DNA from: a virus
Lineage: Duplodnaviria > Caudoviricetes
Reading direction: 5' to 3' (one strand)
DNA: 60,234 bases
Virus record (IMG/VR): IMGVR_UViG_3300045996_001815
Location: 1 to 60,234 of that record
Shown: positions 1 to 8,334 of the stretch, in pieces
Layout of the letters: each line of letters starts with the position of its first letter
Position numbering within the stretch: position 1 is the first letter of the stretch
Position numbers and translations under genes: made by a program
Notes under the pieces: model-generated
The model's database searches: none
The model's input: the letters and a program-made list of their open reading frames with translations, nothing else
What the model was told of the DNA's origin: nothing

Positions 1-127
1 GCCGCCGTTGGCATAGATGAAGATCTCACCGCTCAGGCGGCGCACGGGGCTGTACTCTCCGCCGGCGTACGAGAACGACTCGGCGTTCGGTCGCAGGAAG
101 ATCGCAGGCTGCGAGGTCACTTCGTTC
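1..127. repeat. Terminal direct repeat, left copy (circular assembly overlap)
   Basis: 1-127 is identical to 60108-60234; the tail-terminator gene reads in frame across the join. Confidence 0.97.
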
Positions 128-417
128 CAGCGAAGCAGCCGGCGTCCGGTTGTGAGAAATCCAGTGGTGAGTGATACCGAGCGGCCCGAGCTTAGCGCCG
201 GCAGGGATAGCGTGAACGGTGCAAACGATGCGATAACCGCGCCCGCGGGCACGCCCTCCCCGAACACCGGTAGACCCAGGAACATGCCGGCGGTCGTGCT
301 GGCATTGCTCAGCTCAGCGGATCCCTTTGTGAGGTCCGCCCGGAATGAGACAGCAACCGAGGCAACCAGGTCAGCGAACAGCGCGGACCAGATCTGTTCG
401 CGCGTCGGTCCGTTCAT
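1..417 (-). CDS. Putative tail terminator, 5' part (continues at 60107..59883; about 213 aa in total)
   Basis: ATG at 417 overlaps the upstream stop (ATGA); MNGPTREQIWSALFA...RRLLRWNEVTSQPAIF; lies between the gp10-like gene and the tail tube gene. Confidence 0.75.
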   Translation of the reverse strand, partial: MNGPTREQIWSALFADLVASVAVSFRADLTKGSAELSNASTTAGMFLGLPVFGEGVPAGAVIASFAPFTLSLPALSSGRSVSLTTGFLTTGRRLLRWNEVTSQPAIFLRPNAESFSYAGGEYSPVRRLSGEIFIYANGG

Positions 418-893
418 GCGTTCGCAGCCTCGACTTGCGACTCGAGCACTGCCTGCAAGCGGCGCTTGACCTCGGGCTGCATCTCTTCCAGCGGGCCGCG
501 CAGATACCGGAACTCACGAATCACTGCGGGGCGCGTGAGACGATCCACGGCGCGACGTTTCTTGCCGCGCTTCGTGACGGTGTAAACGTCCTTCTTGAAG
601 ATGCGCCGGGCCTTCCTAGATCCGTACTCCAAGGTGTTGGCCTTGATGTATTCGTTGGAGTCATTGCCGGCGTACACCGAGACATACCCAGCCACGCGGG
701 TCTCGCCGATGAATGAGCGGCCCTTCAATTCGCCCCTGAGCTTTCCGGTTTTCTTCGGGGCCGCCTTCTGGCTGCGCGCGAGCAGCTCGTCCACGAGCTC
801 ATCGATCTCGGACTTGAGCGCCTCTTTGCACTGCTGCGGGAATTGATCGAAGCGCAGCGAGATCTCTTTGTCGCCGCGCGTGACAACGGCCAT
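414..893 (-). CDS. HK97 gp10-like tail completion protein
   Basis: APKKTGKLR, LEYGS and YLRG motifs; start MAVVTRG coupled to the upstream stop. Confidence 0.75.
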   Translation of the reverse strand: MAVVTRGDKEISLRFDQFPQQCKEALKSEIDELVDELLARSQKAAPKKTGKLRGELKGRSFIGETRVAGYVSVYAGNDSNEYIKANTLEYGSRKARRIFKKDVYTVTKRGKKRRAVDRLTRPAVIREFRYLRGPLEEMQPEVKRRLQAVLESQVEAANA

Positions 894-1768
894 CAGGCAT
901 TCACCGGTACACGGTACTGACTGAGCAGGCTCTCGATTTCCGGTGGCAGCGCACCATGCTGGCCCGGGGTCGGGCCGACCCACCATCGCTCACTCGCGAG
1001 CCCCGGTTGCTCGCGCTGGACCAGCAGAGGATCTCGGCCGCGCCCGCGGAATCGCTCTGTGACCAGGCGCAGGCACGCCATCTGCAGATCGTCTGGGATC
1101 TCGGCGTACCCGGCCTGGTAGCGCACGCTCGTGGGGTAGCGCTCCCATGCGCGGCGCCTGCCGTATCGCTGATCGATGCGGATCAGCCAGCCGCAATCCT
1201 CATCGACGTCGAAGTCATCGCCGTAGACGAGCGTCCGCGTGGTGCTGGAATCGATGGTCTGGATGACCTGGAGGCCTGCGGTGAATGACGCTTGCGTCGC
1301 AGCCGAGCTGGCCGCCGTGCCAAGCAGCACGGTGTACGGGCTCACCTCTTTCACCAGCGTGGCCTCTGGCAGGCAGTCGGCAAAGATCAGCATGCCGGAC
1401 TGGAGCCCTGCCGTGTTGCTGGCCGCGGTGATGAGTACGTTGTTTGCAGAGATGCTGCCCGTGAATGTCACGGGCTGCGCGTTGGCCAGCGGCCAGCGCG
1501 AGAGCTGCAGCAGGGAGTCGTCGATGGCGCGGCGGTAACGATATGGGTCCTCGGCGGGACGGAGCACATCGAGAACCGACTCCACCGGGAACACCCGGTT
1601 GCAATATTTGGCGATGACCGCGGAACATTGCTTGATGTACCGAGCCAGGCTCGTGTCGTGCGAGGTATCGCTGGCCACGATTGCGAGCTCATCGCGCGCT
1701 GTGGCCAGATCCACGAGGTCCTGGCTATCGGCCGCAACCAGGACCGTCGTGCGAATGTCGATCGGCAT
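893..1768 (-). CDS. Head-tail adaptor (gp6/gp15-like) with an inserted beta domain
   Basis: LVDLATARDEL, YCNRVF, LSRWP, Y.AGY.EIPDDL..A motifs. Confidence 0.8.
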   Translation of the reverse strand: MPIDIRTTVLVAADSQDLVDLATARDELAIVASDTSHDTSLARYIKQCSAVIAKYCNRVFPVESVLDVLRPAEDPYRYRRAIDDSLLQLSRWPLANAQPVTFTGSISANNVLITAASNTAGLQSGMLIFADCLPEATLVKEVSPYTVLLGTAASSAATQASFTAGLQVIQTIDSSTTRTLVYGDDFDVDEDCGWLIRIDQRYGRRRAWERYPTSVRYQAGYAEIPDDLQMACLRLVTERFRGRGRDPLLVQREQPGLASERWWVGPTPGQHGALPPEIESLLSQYRVPVNA

Positions 1769-1769
1769 C

Positions 1770-2129
1770 TCAGGCCACGTAGCGCGTCAGCAGCTTCAGC
1801 GTCACGTCGCTCCCCTGGTTCACGGCCGCGCCCGAGGTTCCGGAACGGACCTTGATGCAGTTCACGCAGCGCAACCTGGTCGGATCCAACGCGACGAACT
1901 TGTCGGCAGTGACGGAGGACACCGAGACCGCTGTTGCGGTGTTGTCCAGCAGCTCGCCGAACGTTGTGCCGCCATCCGGGGATGCCTGGAACGTGATCGC
2001 GGCCGTGGTCCAACCCGTCGGCACGTAGATCCCGCACAGTTGGCGGTCCCCGATGTTGACCTGCGCAGACAGCGACGCGCCGCTCGCGATCGTCGCGGTG
2101 ACGATCTCGACCGAGTAGATGCTGGACAT
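1770..2129 (-). CDS. Small beta-rich virion protein
   Basis: Thr/Ser/Ala-rich, located in the head gene block. Confidence 0.55.
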   Translation of the reverse strand: MSSIYSVEIVTATIASGASLSAQVNIGDRQLCGIYVPTGWTTAAITFQASPDGGTTFGELLDNTATAVSVSSVTADKFVALDPTRLRCVNCIKVRSGTSGAAVNQGSDVTLKLLTRYVA

Positions 2130-2130
2130 A

Positions 2131-2883
2131 TCAGGACCGCTTCATGCCGACCGCGATGCGATCGATGTAGAGCGTGCCAACACCGGTGCCCGACGCCTTG
2201 TAGACGCTGGCGTACGGCTGCAGGATCGCATCCGCACCGGTCGCCGCGAACGAGAGTTGGCTGCCGCTGACCTCCGCACCGTCGATGAAAAAGCGAACGT
2301 TGGTTGGATCGGTGCAGTCGATCCGGAAGATGCGATACGCCCCAGCCACCATTGTCACGCCGCTGGATACCGACGTCGTGTTCACGCCGTCCTTCGTGCG
2401 CAGGTTCACCAGCCCGCTCGCCGACTGCGAGAACTGAGCGTAGAACGAGGCGTTGTCCGGGCCATCGATCCAGGCGCTCTGCAGCCCGAACACGATCTGT
2501 GCGTTGCCAGTCGGCAGCACCTGATTCGCGATCCTGAACTCGATCCACGCCGATTTCGTCATGTCGAAGTTCAGCTTGTCGTCCGTATAGATCGCCGCGT
2601 CCTGCTTCTGCGAGTCCGCTGTCAGCGTACATGCCATCACGCCGCCGGCAGCATTTGCCACGACAGCGACAGTCGGCGGAGCCGCGCCCACGATCTTCTT
2701 GACCCACGCATAGCCGACGCTCGGTGAGCCAGCCGCAGGCACGGCGTGGCCGGGGCCAGTGAAGTCCTCGGACAGGCTCAAGGGACTGAGGTCGTGCAGC
2801 GTCTCGGCCGTGGCCGCGTCTGCAATCGACTGCAAAAGACCCAGCGAGCTGAGCCGGCCTCGCGGCGAAACAATGGCGGTCAT
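2131..2883 (-). CDS. Concanavalin-like head decoration/spike protein
   Basis: EDF...YRIFRID...VRFFIDG beta-sandwich pattern; follows the capsid genes. Confidence 0.55.
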   Translation of the reverse strand: MTAIVSPRGRLSSLGLLQSIADAATAETLHDLSPLSLSEDFTGPGHAVPAAGSPSVGYAWVKKIVGAAPPTVAVVANAAGGVMACTLTADSQKQDAAIYTDDKLNFDMTKSAWIEFRIANQVLPTGNAQIVFGLQSAWIDGPDNASFYAQFSQSASGLVNLRTKDGVNTTSVSSGVTMVAGAYRIFRIDCTDPTNVRFFIDGAEVSGSQLSFAATGADAILQPYASVYKASGTGVGTLYIDRIAVGMKRS

Positions 2884-2948
2884 GTGAACCTCGATGAATG
2901 GTGGTGAGCGGATGCGGGCAGGAACGACCTGCCCGACTCATCCAACGA

Positions 2949-3437
2949 TCAGACCGCGGACGACGGCGGCGACGTCTGCTGGTACGTACCCATGTAGTGC
3001 ATCGATGCAGCAGTGATGTTGCCGGCGTTCGATGCCGAGGTGCTCACGGCGATGTACTTGAACCCGTTGTTCACGTCCATCACGTCTGCTGGCACGAACT
3101 CGAACACGACGAACTTGTCTTTGCTCGTCGTGGCATCGGCTTGGAAGGTTGCCGCCGCAGTCTGCGCTGTGAGCGCGTCGCCGGCCGCCGCATCCGCGTT
3201 GTAGAAGATCGGCGCGGCGCTGATCGCCTTGCTATTGGTGCCAGCGAGCGCGGTCGCCTGCAGCACGCTGAAAGTGACCTGCGCCGCGTTGCCCTGATTG
3301 ACGCGACAGATGATGCACACCTTGCCCGCGGCGTTGCGCAGATTCTTGTACACGCTGGTACGGCCCGCGGCATCAGCGGCCGGCGCCAGCAACGCGATGG
3401 GTGGCGCGCTGTAGACGAAATTGAATTGCTGTGACAT
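2949..3437 (-). CDS. Putative capsid cement/decoration protein
   Basis: Directly after the MCP; DVNNGFKYIAV-type motif. Confidence 0.6.
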   Translation of the reverse strand: MSQQFNFVYSAPPIALLAPAADAAGRTSVYKNLRNAAGKVCIICRVNQGNAAQVTFSVLQATALAGTNSKAISAAPIFYNADAAAGDALTAQTAAATFQADATTSKDKFVVFEFVPADVMDVNNGFKYIAVSTSASNAGNITAASMHYMGTYQQTSPPSSAV

Positions 3438-3470
3438 GAGAGTGATTCCTGTGTTGCTCTACCCGTTGGA

Positions 3471-4820
3471 TCAGCTGCGCGTCGCGAGCGCGACGTAGGG
3501 CGACTTGGTGGCCGAGCCTTTGAACGGCGTCAGCGCCGTGTGCCAGCCTGGCTTGCCGTCGACGCGGTAGATCAGGCGGAAGGCCTGCTGATCCGTCAGG
3601 AACTGGATGTGCATGGACTGAGCGGCCTGCACCCCGTTCTTGTCGGCCAGCAAGTATTGGCTCCAATCGATGAACGTGATGTCGCCGACGGTGCCGATGG
3701 CTGCCGAGTACTCGAGCGGGATCACCGGCCGGCCGTACAACACGCCGAACGGCTCGGCACTCAGGCCACCGGGCGGCATGTAGACCGGAACGCCACCGGT
3801 GCCGATGGTGCGCGAGAGCTGGTACAGCTGCGGCTCGACATCCTGGTTGATGTGCCACACCGCGTTCTTTCGCGAGCGCGGGTGCATGCGCGACCACATC
3901 TGTTGGATGTTGTTCTCCGTCAGCGTGGCGGCTGCCTGACCGTTGTCCTTGGCGACGGTGACGAGCGCCGGGGAATTCAAGATGCCCAGCGGCTTGCCGA
4001 CGCCATCGCCCTCGAAGATTGCGTCCTCGGTGTTGAAGACGATTTCCTCCGAGAAGGCCTGGGAGGCGATCGATGAGAATGCGGTGGAGTCGGCCAGCAG
4101 CTCATCCGATGCGTACATGATCGAGATCAGCTTGCCCAGGCTCAGCTCGATCAGACGGAAGGACGGGCGGGATGGCGTGCCAGCCGTACCCTCGCCGACC
4201 CAATTGGACGTGACACCGCCCCAGCGGCTGCCGTTGGCGCGGCTGGTCTCGTTCACCGCCGGGATCTTGATACCGTTGAACTGCGCGCCGATCGGGATCG
4301 AGTTCACGCGCTGCAGGATCTCGCCCATGTCGTGAGACAGTGCCCACACCGAGGTGGCAAAGTCGGTCTGCACCAGGAAGCCGCCAGCGGTCGCATCGCT
4401 CTCGCCTGCGCCCAGTGGCGCACGAACCAAGCGCGGATCCTGATCGCTGCCGCGGCTCTCGGCGTACTTGCGGATCGCGACCAGCTGCTCGCCGAACGAT
4501 CGGAAGTTTTTCTTCGGATCCGGCGTAAAGTTCGACGCCTTGCGGGCGTGCGCCAAGTAATCGTGGAATTTCCACTCGCCGCCCCGAGCGCTTCGCTTTG
4601 GGAAGTAGATGACATTCTCCACAGGCGCCTGTTGATCGACATTCAGCGGCACGGCACTCGCCGCCGACAAACGCTCGGCCGTCGCCATGCGTTCGATCTG
4701 GCCGTCGAGGGCCTCGATCTTTTGCTTGGTGACATCGAACGCCGTCGCGTCCTCGACTTGTTTCTGCAGGTCATCCGCAAGAGCTGCGCGCTGCTGGCGG
4801 AGTTCGGAAAGTTTGGCCAT
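3471..4820 (-). CDS. HK97-fold major capsid protein
   Basis: N-terminal coiled-coil delta domain, GGFLV, WVGEG, GDGVGKPLGILN, LYGRPV; AGGAG RBS before ATG 4820. Confidence 0.95.
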   Translation of the reverse strand: MAKLSELRQQRAALADDLQKQVEDATAFDVTKQKIEALDGQIERMATAERLSAASAVPLNVDQQAPVENVIYFPKRSARGGEWKFHDYLAHARKASNFTPDPKKNFRSFGEQLVAIRKYAESRGSDQDPRLVRAPLGAGESDATAGGFLVQTDFATSVWALSHDMGEILQRVNSIPIGAQFNGIKIPAVNETSRANGSRWGGVTSNWVGEGTAGTPSRPSFRLIELSLGKLISIMYASDELLADSTAFSSIASQAFSEEIVFNTEDAIFEGDGVGKPLGILNSPALVTVAKDNGQAAATLTENNIQQMWSRMHPRSRKNAVWHINQDVEPQLYQLSRTIGTGGVPVYMPPGGLSAEPFGVLYGRPVIPLEYSAAIGTVGDITFIDWSQYLLADKNGVQAAQSMHIQFLTDQQAFRLIYRVDGKPGWHTALTPFKGSATKSPYVALATRS

Positions 4821-4868
4821 CTCGATAGCTCCTGTGTACCGTTGCCCAAGCGGCGGACATGCAAGGCG

Positions 4869-4898
4869 GAAAATAAAAAGCCCGCTCAAGGCGGGCTT
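4869..4898 (-). terminator. Intrinsic terminator-like hairpin between protease and MCP
   Basis: AAGCCCGC-cttga-GCGGGCTT followed by TTTATTTT on the minus strand. Confidence 0.65.
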
Positions 4899-4928
4899 CG
4901 GTGAATCTCTTCTAGAGAACTGGAGTCG

Positions 4929-6437
4929 CTACGCGACCTTCAGCTTGGCGGCAAGCGCGATTCGCCTGCGGCGCTCGACCGATTGCTTTTGGGCCTCAGT
5001 CTCTTCCTTCTTGCCTGCGTCCTTGGGCTCGGCTTCGCCTGCGCCCTCGGTGCTCTCTTCCTCTTCTGGATCTTCTCCAGTCTCTGCACGCATGTACCTA
5101 GAGATGCGCTGCATCGATCGGCCCATGTATGCGTGCGAGTCGCCCATGTCAGCATGAGATTCGGACAGTCCGTCGCCGGTTTCAGCGACCGAGGCATACG
5201 ACTTCCTGGCTGCACGCATGCAGCGCTGCGCTGATTTGATGTGCGTGTCAGCGCTTTCAGGATTGTCGAGAGCACGTTGCAACGCCTCTTCGGCCTTTCC
5301 GCTCTGCTCGTCGGCCGTGGCAGATGCTGCGCGCATTGACTCCACGTGCGGAGCCATCGCCTCGTGATGCTTGCCCATGTCGGCGTAATGCTCCATCGCG
5401 CGAGCGTAGTGCCCCGCGGCGCGCCCGAGCGGCGCTGCGCTGGGCTCCGCATCTGGGGCCGCGCGCTTGTGCGCAGCCTTCCATGCGCGCGCAGTCGCGC
5501 CCTCTTCGGTTCCCATGTCGTGCTGCGCCAGGAGCTCGGCGACTTCTTCGGTCGTCATCGCGATCAGCGCAGCGCCCAGCTGCTGGAGCGCCGCCCCAAT
5601 CATCGCAGGCACCTGGCTGTTGTCACCCTCGACTTCGGCTTCCCATGCTGCGGTGTCGTGACAGTAGCCCAGACCAGAGAGAATCTGCGCGAGGGTCGCG
5701 CATTCATAGAGTCCGCGCTTGAACGCGGGCTTACCCGCGGCTTTCAGGTGCACAGCTTGGCGCGTCACAATCTCGCGTGCCTTGGGCATGCTCTTCTCCG
5801 GCGCCTTCGCGGCGCGTCGCAATTCGTTCAGTTCATCGGCGCTCATCAGGGTCATGCCGCCCGTGTCGAGCAGTCTCTCAGCCCATCGGTAGATCGGCGA
5901 GGTATCAATGCCCGCGCGGCGCGCAGAGGCCAGTGCATCGGGGTGCGCGGGCACCGGCACTTGACTGATCTCGAGCAGGTCGACGGCTGAGAAATCCACG
6001 CCGCCCGGGCGCTCACGGTCTTTCGACATGCGCCCCTCAATCGGAATCCATGAGGTAGAGACCGCGTTCAAGAACTTGGCGCGCACCATTCGGTAGACGG
6101 TATCCGCGAACGGATTGAGCTCGGCGCTGGCGTACTCGACTGCGCCAACCAACTTGTCGGCGGCCGTCTTGATGCTGACTACGCGACCGATCGGGAGCGA
6201 GCTATCGTCATGCGCCCAGAGGAACACCGGGTTGCGCATGAACGATTCGGTCTGCCATGCGTCGGCTGCCACTGTGTGCATGTCGCGCGCGACGGCTGGC
6301 GTCGAGAACGTGTAAGAGATGATCCGGCCAGCGTCGTCAGGAACAGCATCGCCGGTCGACGCGAGCATGATTGCGACGTTGGCTGCTTCGTCGCCCTGAA
6401 GGCGCGAGAATTGTTCAATCGTGCACAGGCGCCTCAT
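4929..6437 (-). CDS. HK97-family prohead protease with long C-terminal helical extension
   Basis: NPVFLWAHD, LPIGRV, FLNAVS, LLEISQVPVPAHPDAL. Confidence 0.9.
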   Translation of the reverse strand: MRRLCTIEQFSRLQGDEAANVAIMLASTGDAVPDDAGRIISYTFSTPAVARDMHTVAADAWQTESFMRNPVFLWAHDDSSLPIGRVVSIKTAADKLVGAVEYASAELNPFADTVYRMVRAKFLNAVSTSWIPIEGRMSKDRERPGGVDFSAVDLLEISQVPVPAHPDALASARRAGIDTSPIYRWAERLLDTGGMTLMSADELNELRRAAKAPEKSMPKAREIVTRQAVHLKAAGKPAFKRGLYECATLAQILSGLGYCHDTAAWEAEVEGDNSQVPAMIGAALQQLGAALIAMTTEEVAELLAQHDMGTEEGATARAWKAAHKRAAPDAEPSAAPLGRAAGHYARAMEHYADMGKHHEAMAPHVESMRAASATADEQSGKAEEALQRALDNPESADTHIKSAQRCMRAARKSYASVAETGDGLSESHADMGDSHAYMGRSMQRISRYMRAETGEDPEEEESTEGAGEAEPKDAGKKEETEAQKQSVERRRRIALAAKLKVA

Positions 6438-8092
6438 AGCTCATCCTCGGCCGGCGGACCCTCCGCGCCTGGCGCTCCGCCGCCGAACCCAGGCTTCGGC
6501 GCGCTGCCCGGCGGTGGCGTGATCGTGATCGGCCGACGCACGCCCTTGTCTTCACTCCAAGCCTTCTGCGCTTCCGGGCTCATGGGCGGCAACTTCATGC
6601 TCTTTCTGAAAGCCTCCTCATCCACCGTCTGCGGTGTGATCGCACCAGCACGCACCGCCACGCCGTACGTGTCCGCCCTTGTGCGAAGGATCGCGTAATC
6701 CTCAACGCCGCCCGCACCATCCGCGTCCACAGGGTCCTGTGCGAACCCAGAGCCTTGCGCCACCTCGTTGTCATCCAGCTCCAGCCCCTCGCTTGGGCGC
6801 CCGCCACCCTCGCCCCCCTCACCAGTCATGTCGCTGCCAAGCCTTCCGCCGTTGCCATCGGACCCTGTGACGGGCGCGGTGATCGGCACCATCGCGGCTG
6901 GCCGGTATAGAATCTTGCCGCCATCCTCGGTCTGCATTCCCTCGCTCGCACGCACCTCGTCGATGGTCTTCCACGGCATGCCGCCCAACGCAGACTTGTG
7001 CGCGGCATAGCGTGTAGCCATGTCCGCCTCTACTAGAGAGTCGACGTCGAACTCGACAAACAGCCGCGACTCATCCAGGTCGAACGTGAAGTCAAGACGC
7101 GTGTACCACATCTTGATCCAACTGCTCAGCGCATCGTTCAAGTACTCTTGTGCGAGCTGCGCGACGCTCGTGCCGCTTGCGCGCTCACCCAACTTGTACA
7201 TCGGCATCCGGAAGATTCGCGCGATCTCGGCCAACTGAAACTTCCGTGCCTCGATGAACTGCAACTCCTCGGAGTTCATGCTGAGCGGCTGCCACTTGAG
7301 CCCTGCCTCAAGCACCGCGGTCTTGCCGGAGTTGAACAGCCCGCTGTTCGCCTCTTTCCAATTTTGCTTACAGCGCTCGGCAACGACTGGATCGAGCTTC
7401 TGCTCGGTCGACAAGATGCCGCTCGGCTTCGCGCTATTGCCGGCCCAGCGCGACGCCAGTTGCTCCTGGGCAATCGCCAACCCGAACGCCTCGCGTGCCG
7501 TGCTGATCTGCGACAGCCCGAGCAGCCCGTTGAGTGACAGCGCCTTGAGGTGGAACATGTCCTCATACGGGATCAGCAGTGGCTGATCCTTCAGCACCGC
7601 CATCTCGTGCATGCCGCTGCGCCCAACCATCCAGAAGAGTTGCGCGTCAGGTCCCTGGTACAGGTGCACGCGCTCCGGATTGATCGGCACCAGCATCTGC
7701 GGCCGCCCCGTGAACGGGTCCCTCACGATCACAGCGTAACCATTGCCGTTCAGTAGCACGCTCGCCTGCAGCATCGCGGCGAATTCCATCCACGTCAGCC
7801 AGGGGGCTGGCTTGCGCAGTAGCTTCGCCAGATAGTGGTCTGACGCCACCTGGCGCGCGCCCTTCCGTTCACCGCGGAACAACGTCGCGCCCAGCTTCGC
7901 AAGGTCGTACGAGAGAATCGTCACGCACGCGTACACCGCGGACACGTGCATCGATGACGCTTGGTTGACGACCACGCCAGCCGCTGTCGGTGCGTAGTAC
8001 GAAGCCCAGTCTCGGAAGTCTGTATCTGCAGTCGAGGTCTCAGGACTGCGCTGCATGCCCATGCCGCGCGCAATCTGCTGAGCGAATCCCAT
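6434..8092 (-). CDS. HK97-family portal protein
   Basis: SAVYACV, LLNGNGY, GKTAVLEAGLKW, EIARIFRMP, TIDEVRA. Confidence 0.95.
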   Translation of the reverse strand: MGFAQQIARGMGMQRSPETSTADTDFRDWASYYAPTAAGVVVNQASSMHVSAVYACVTILSYDLAKLGATLFRGERKGARQVASDHYLAKLLRKPAPWLTWMEFAAMLQASVLLNGNGYAVIVRDPFTGRPQMLVPINPERVHLYQGPDAQLFWMVGRSGMHEMAVLKDQPLLIPYEDMFHLKALSLNGLLGLSQISTAREAFGLAIAQEQLASRWAGNSAKPSGILSTEQKLDPVVAERCKQNWKEANSGLFNSGKTAVLEAGLKWQPLSMNSEELQFIEARKFQLAEIARIFRMPMYKLGERASGTSVAQLAQEYLNDALSSWIKMWYTRLDFTFDLDESRLFVEFDVDSLVEADMATRYAAHKSALGGMPWKTIDEVRASEGMQTEDGGKILYRPAAMVPITAPVTGSDGNGGRLGSDMTGEGGEGGGRPSEGLELDDNEVAQGSGFAQDPVDADGAGGVEDYAILRTRADTYGVAVRAGAITPQTVDEEAFRKSMKLPPMSPEAQKAWSEDKGVRRPITITPPPGSAPKPGFGGGAPGAEGPPAEDEL

Positions 8093-8334
8093 CAGCGGCG
8101 ATCCTCAGCACTACCGCGCTGTCTCAGGATCACGCCCACGATGACCAGCACGCCACCCACGATGGCCCCTGCTGGCGGGTAGGCAAGCCACGCGCCGTAG
8201 GCGATCAGGGTCGCTCCAGCGATCAGCAGCAGCGCCTCGAATGCCGAGCCCAGTGCTGGGCCGAGCGATCTGAGGGCTTCGAATATTTGTCTGCCGATCA
8301 CATGGTGCTCCGGATTACCAAACAGAAACTCCAA
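8092..8334 (-). CDS. Small two-TM protein between terL and portal
   Basis: Two hydrophobic segments; usual position in HK97-like phages. Confidence 0.6.
   Translation of the reverse strand: MEFLFGNPEHHVIGRQIFEALRSLGPALGSAFEALLLIAGATLIAYGAWLAYPPAGAIVGGVLVIVGVILRQRGSAEDRR

Noticed and set aside
1-127. 127-bp terminal repeat as biological DTR
   Set aside because: It lies mid-gene and matches a common assembler k-mer overlap; the HNH/terS/terL set suggests cos ends elsewhere
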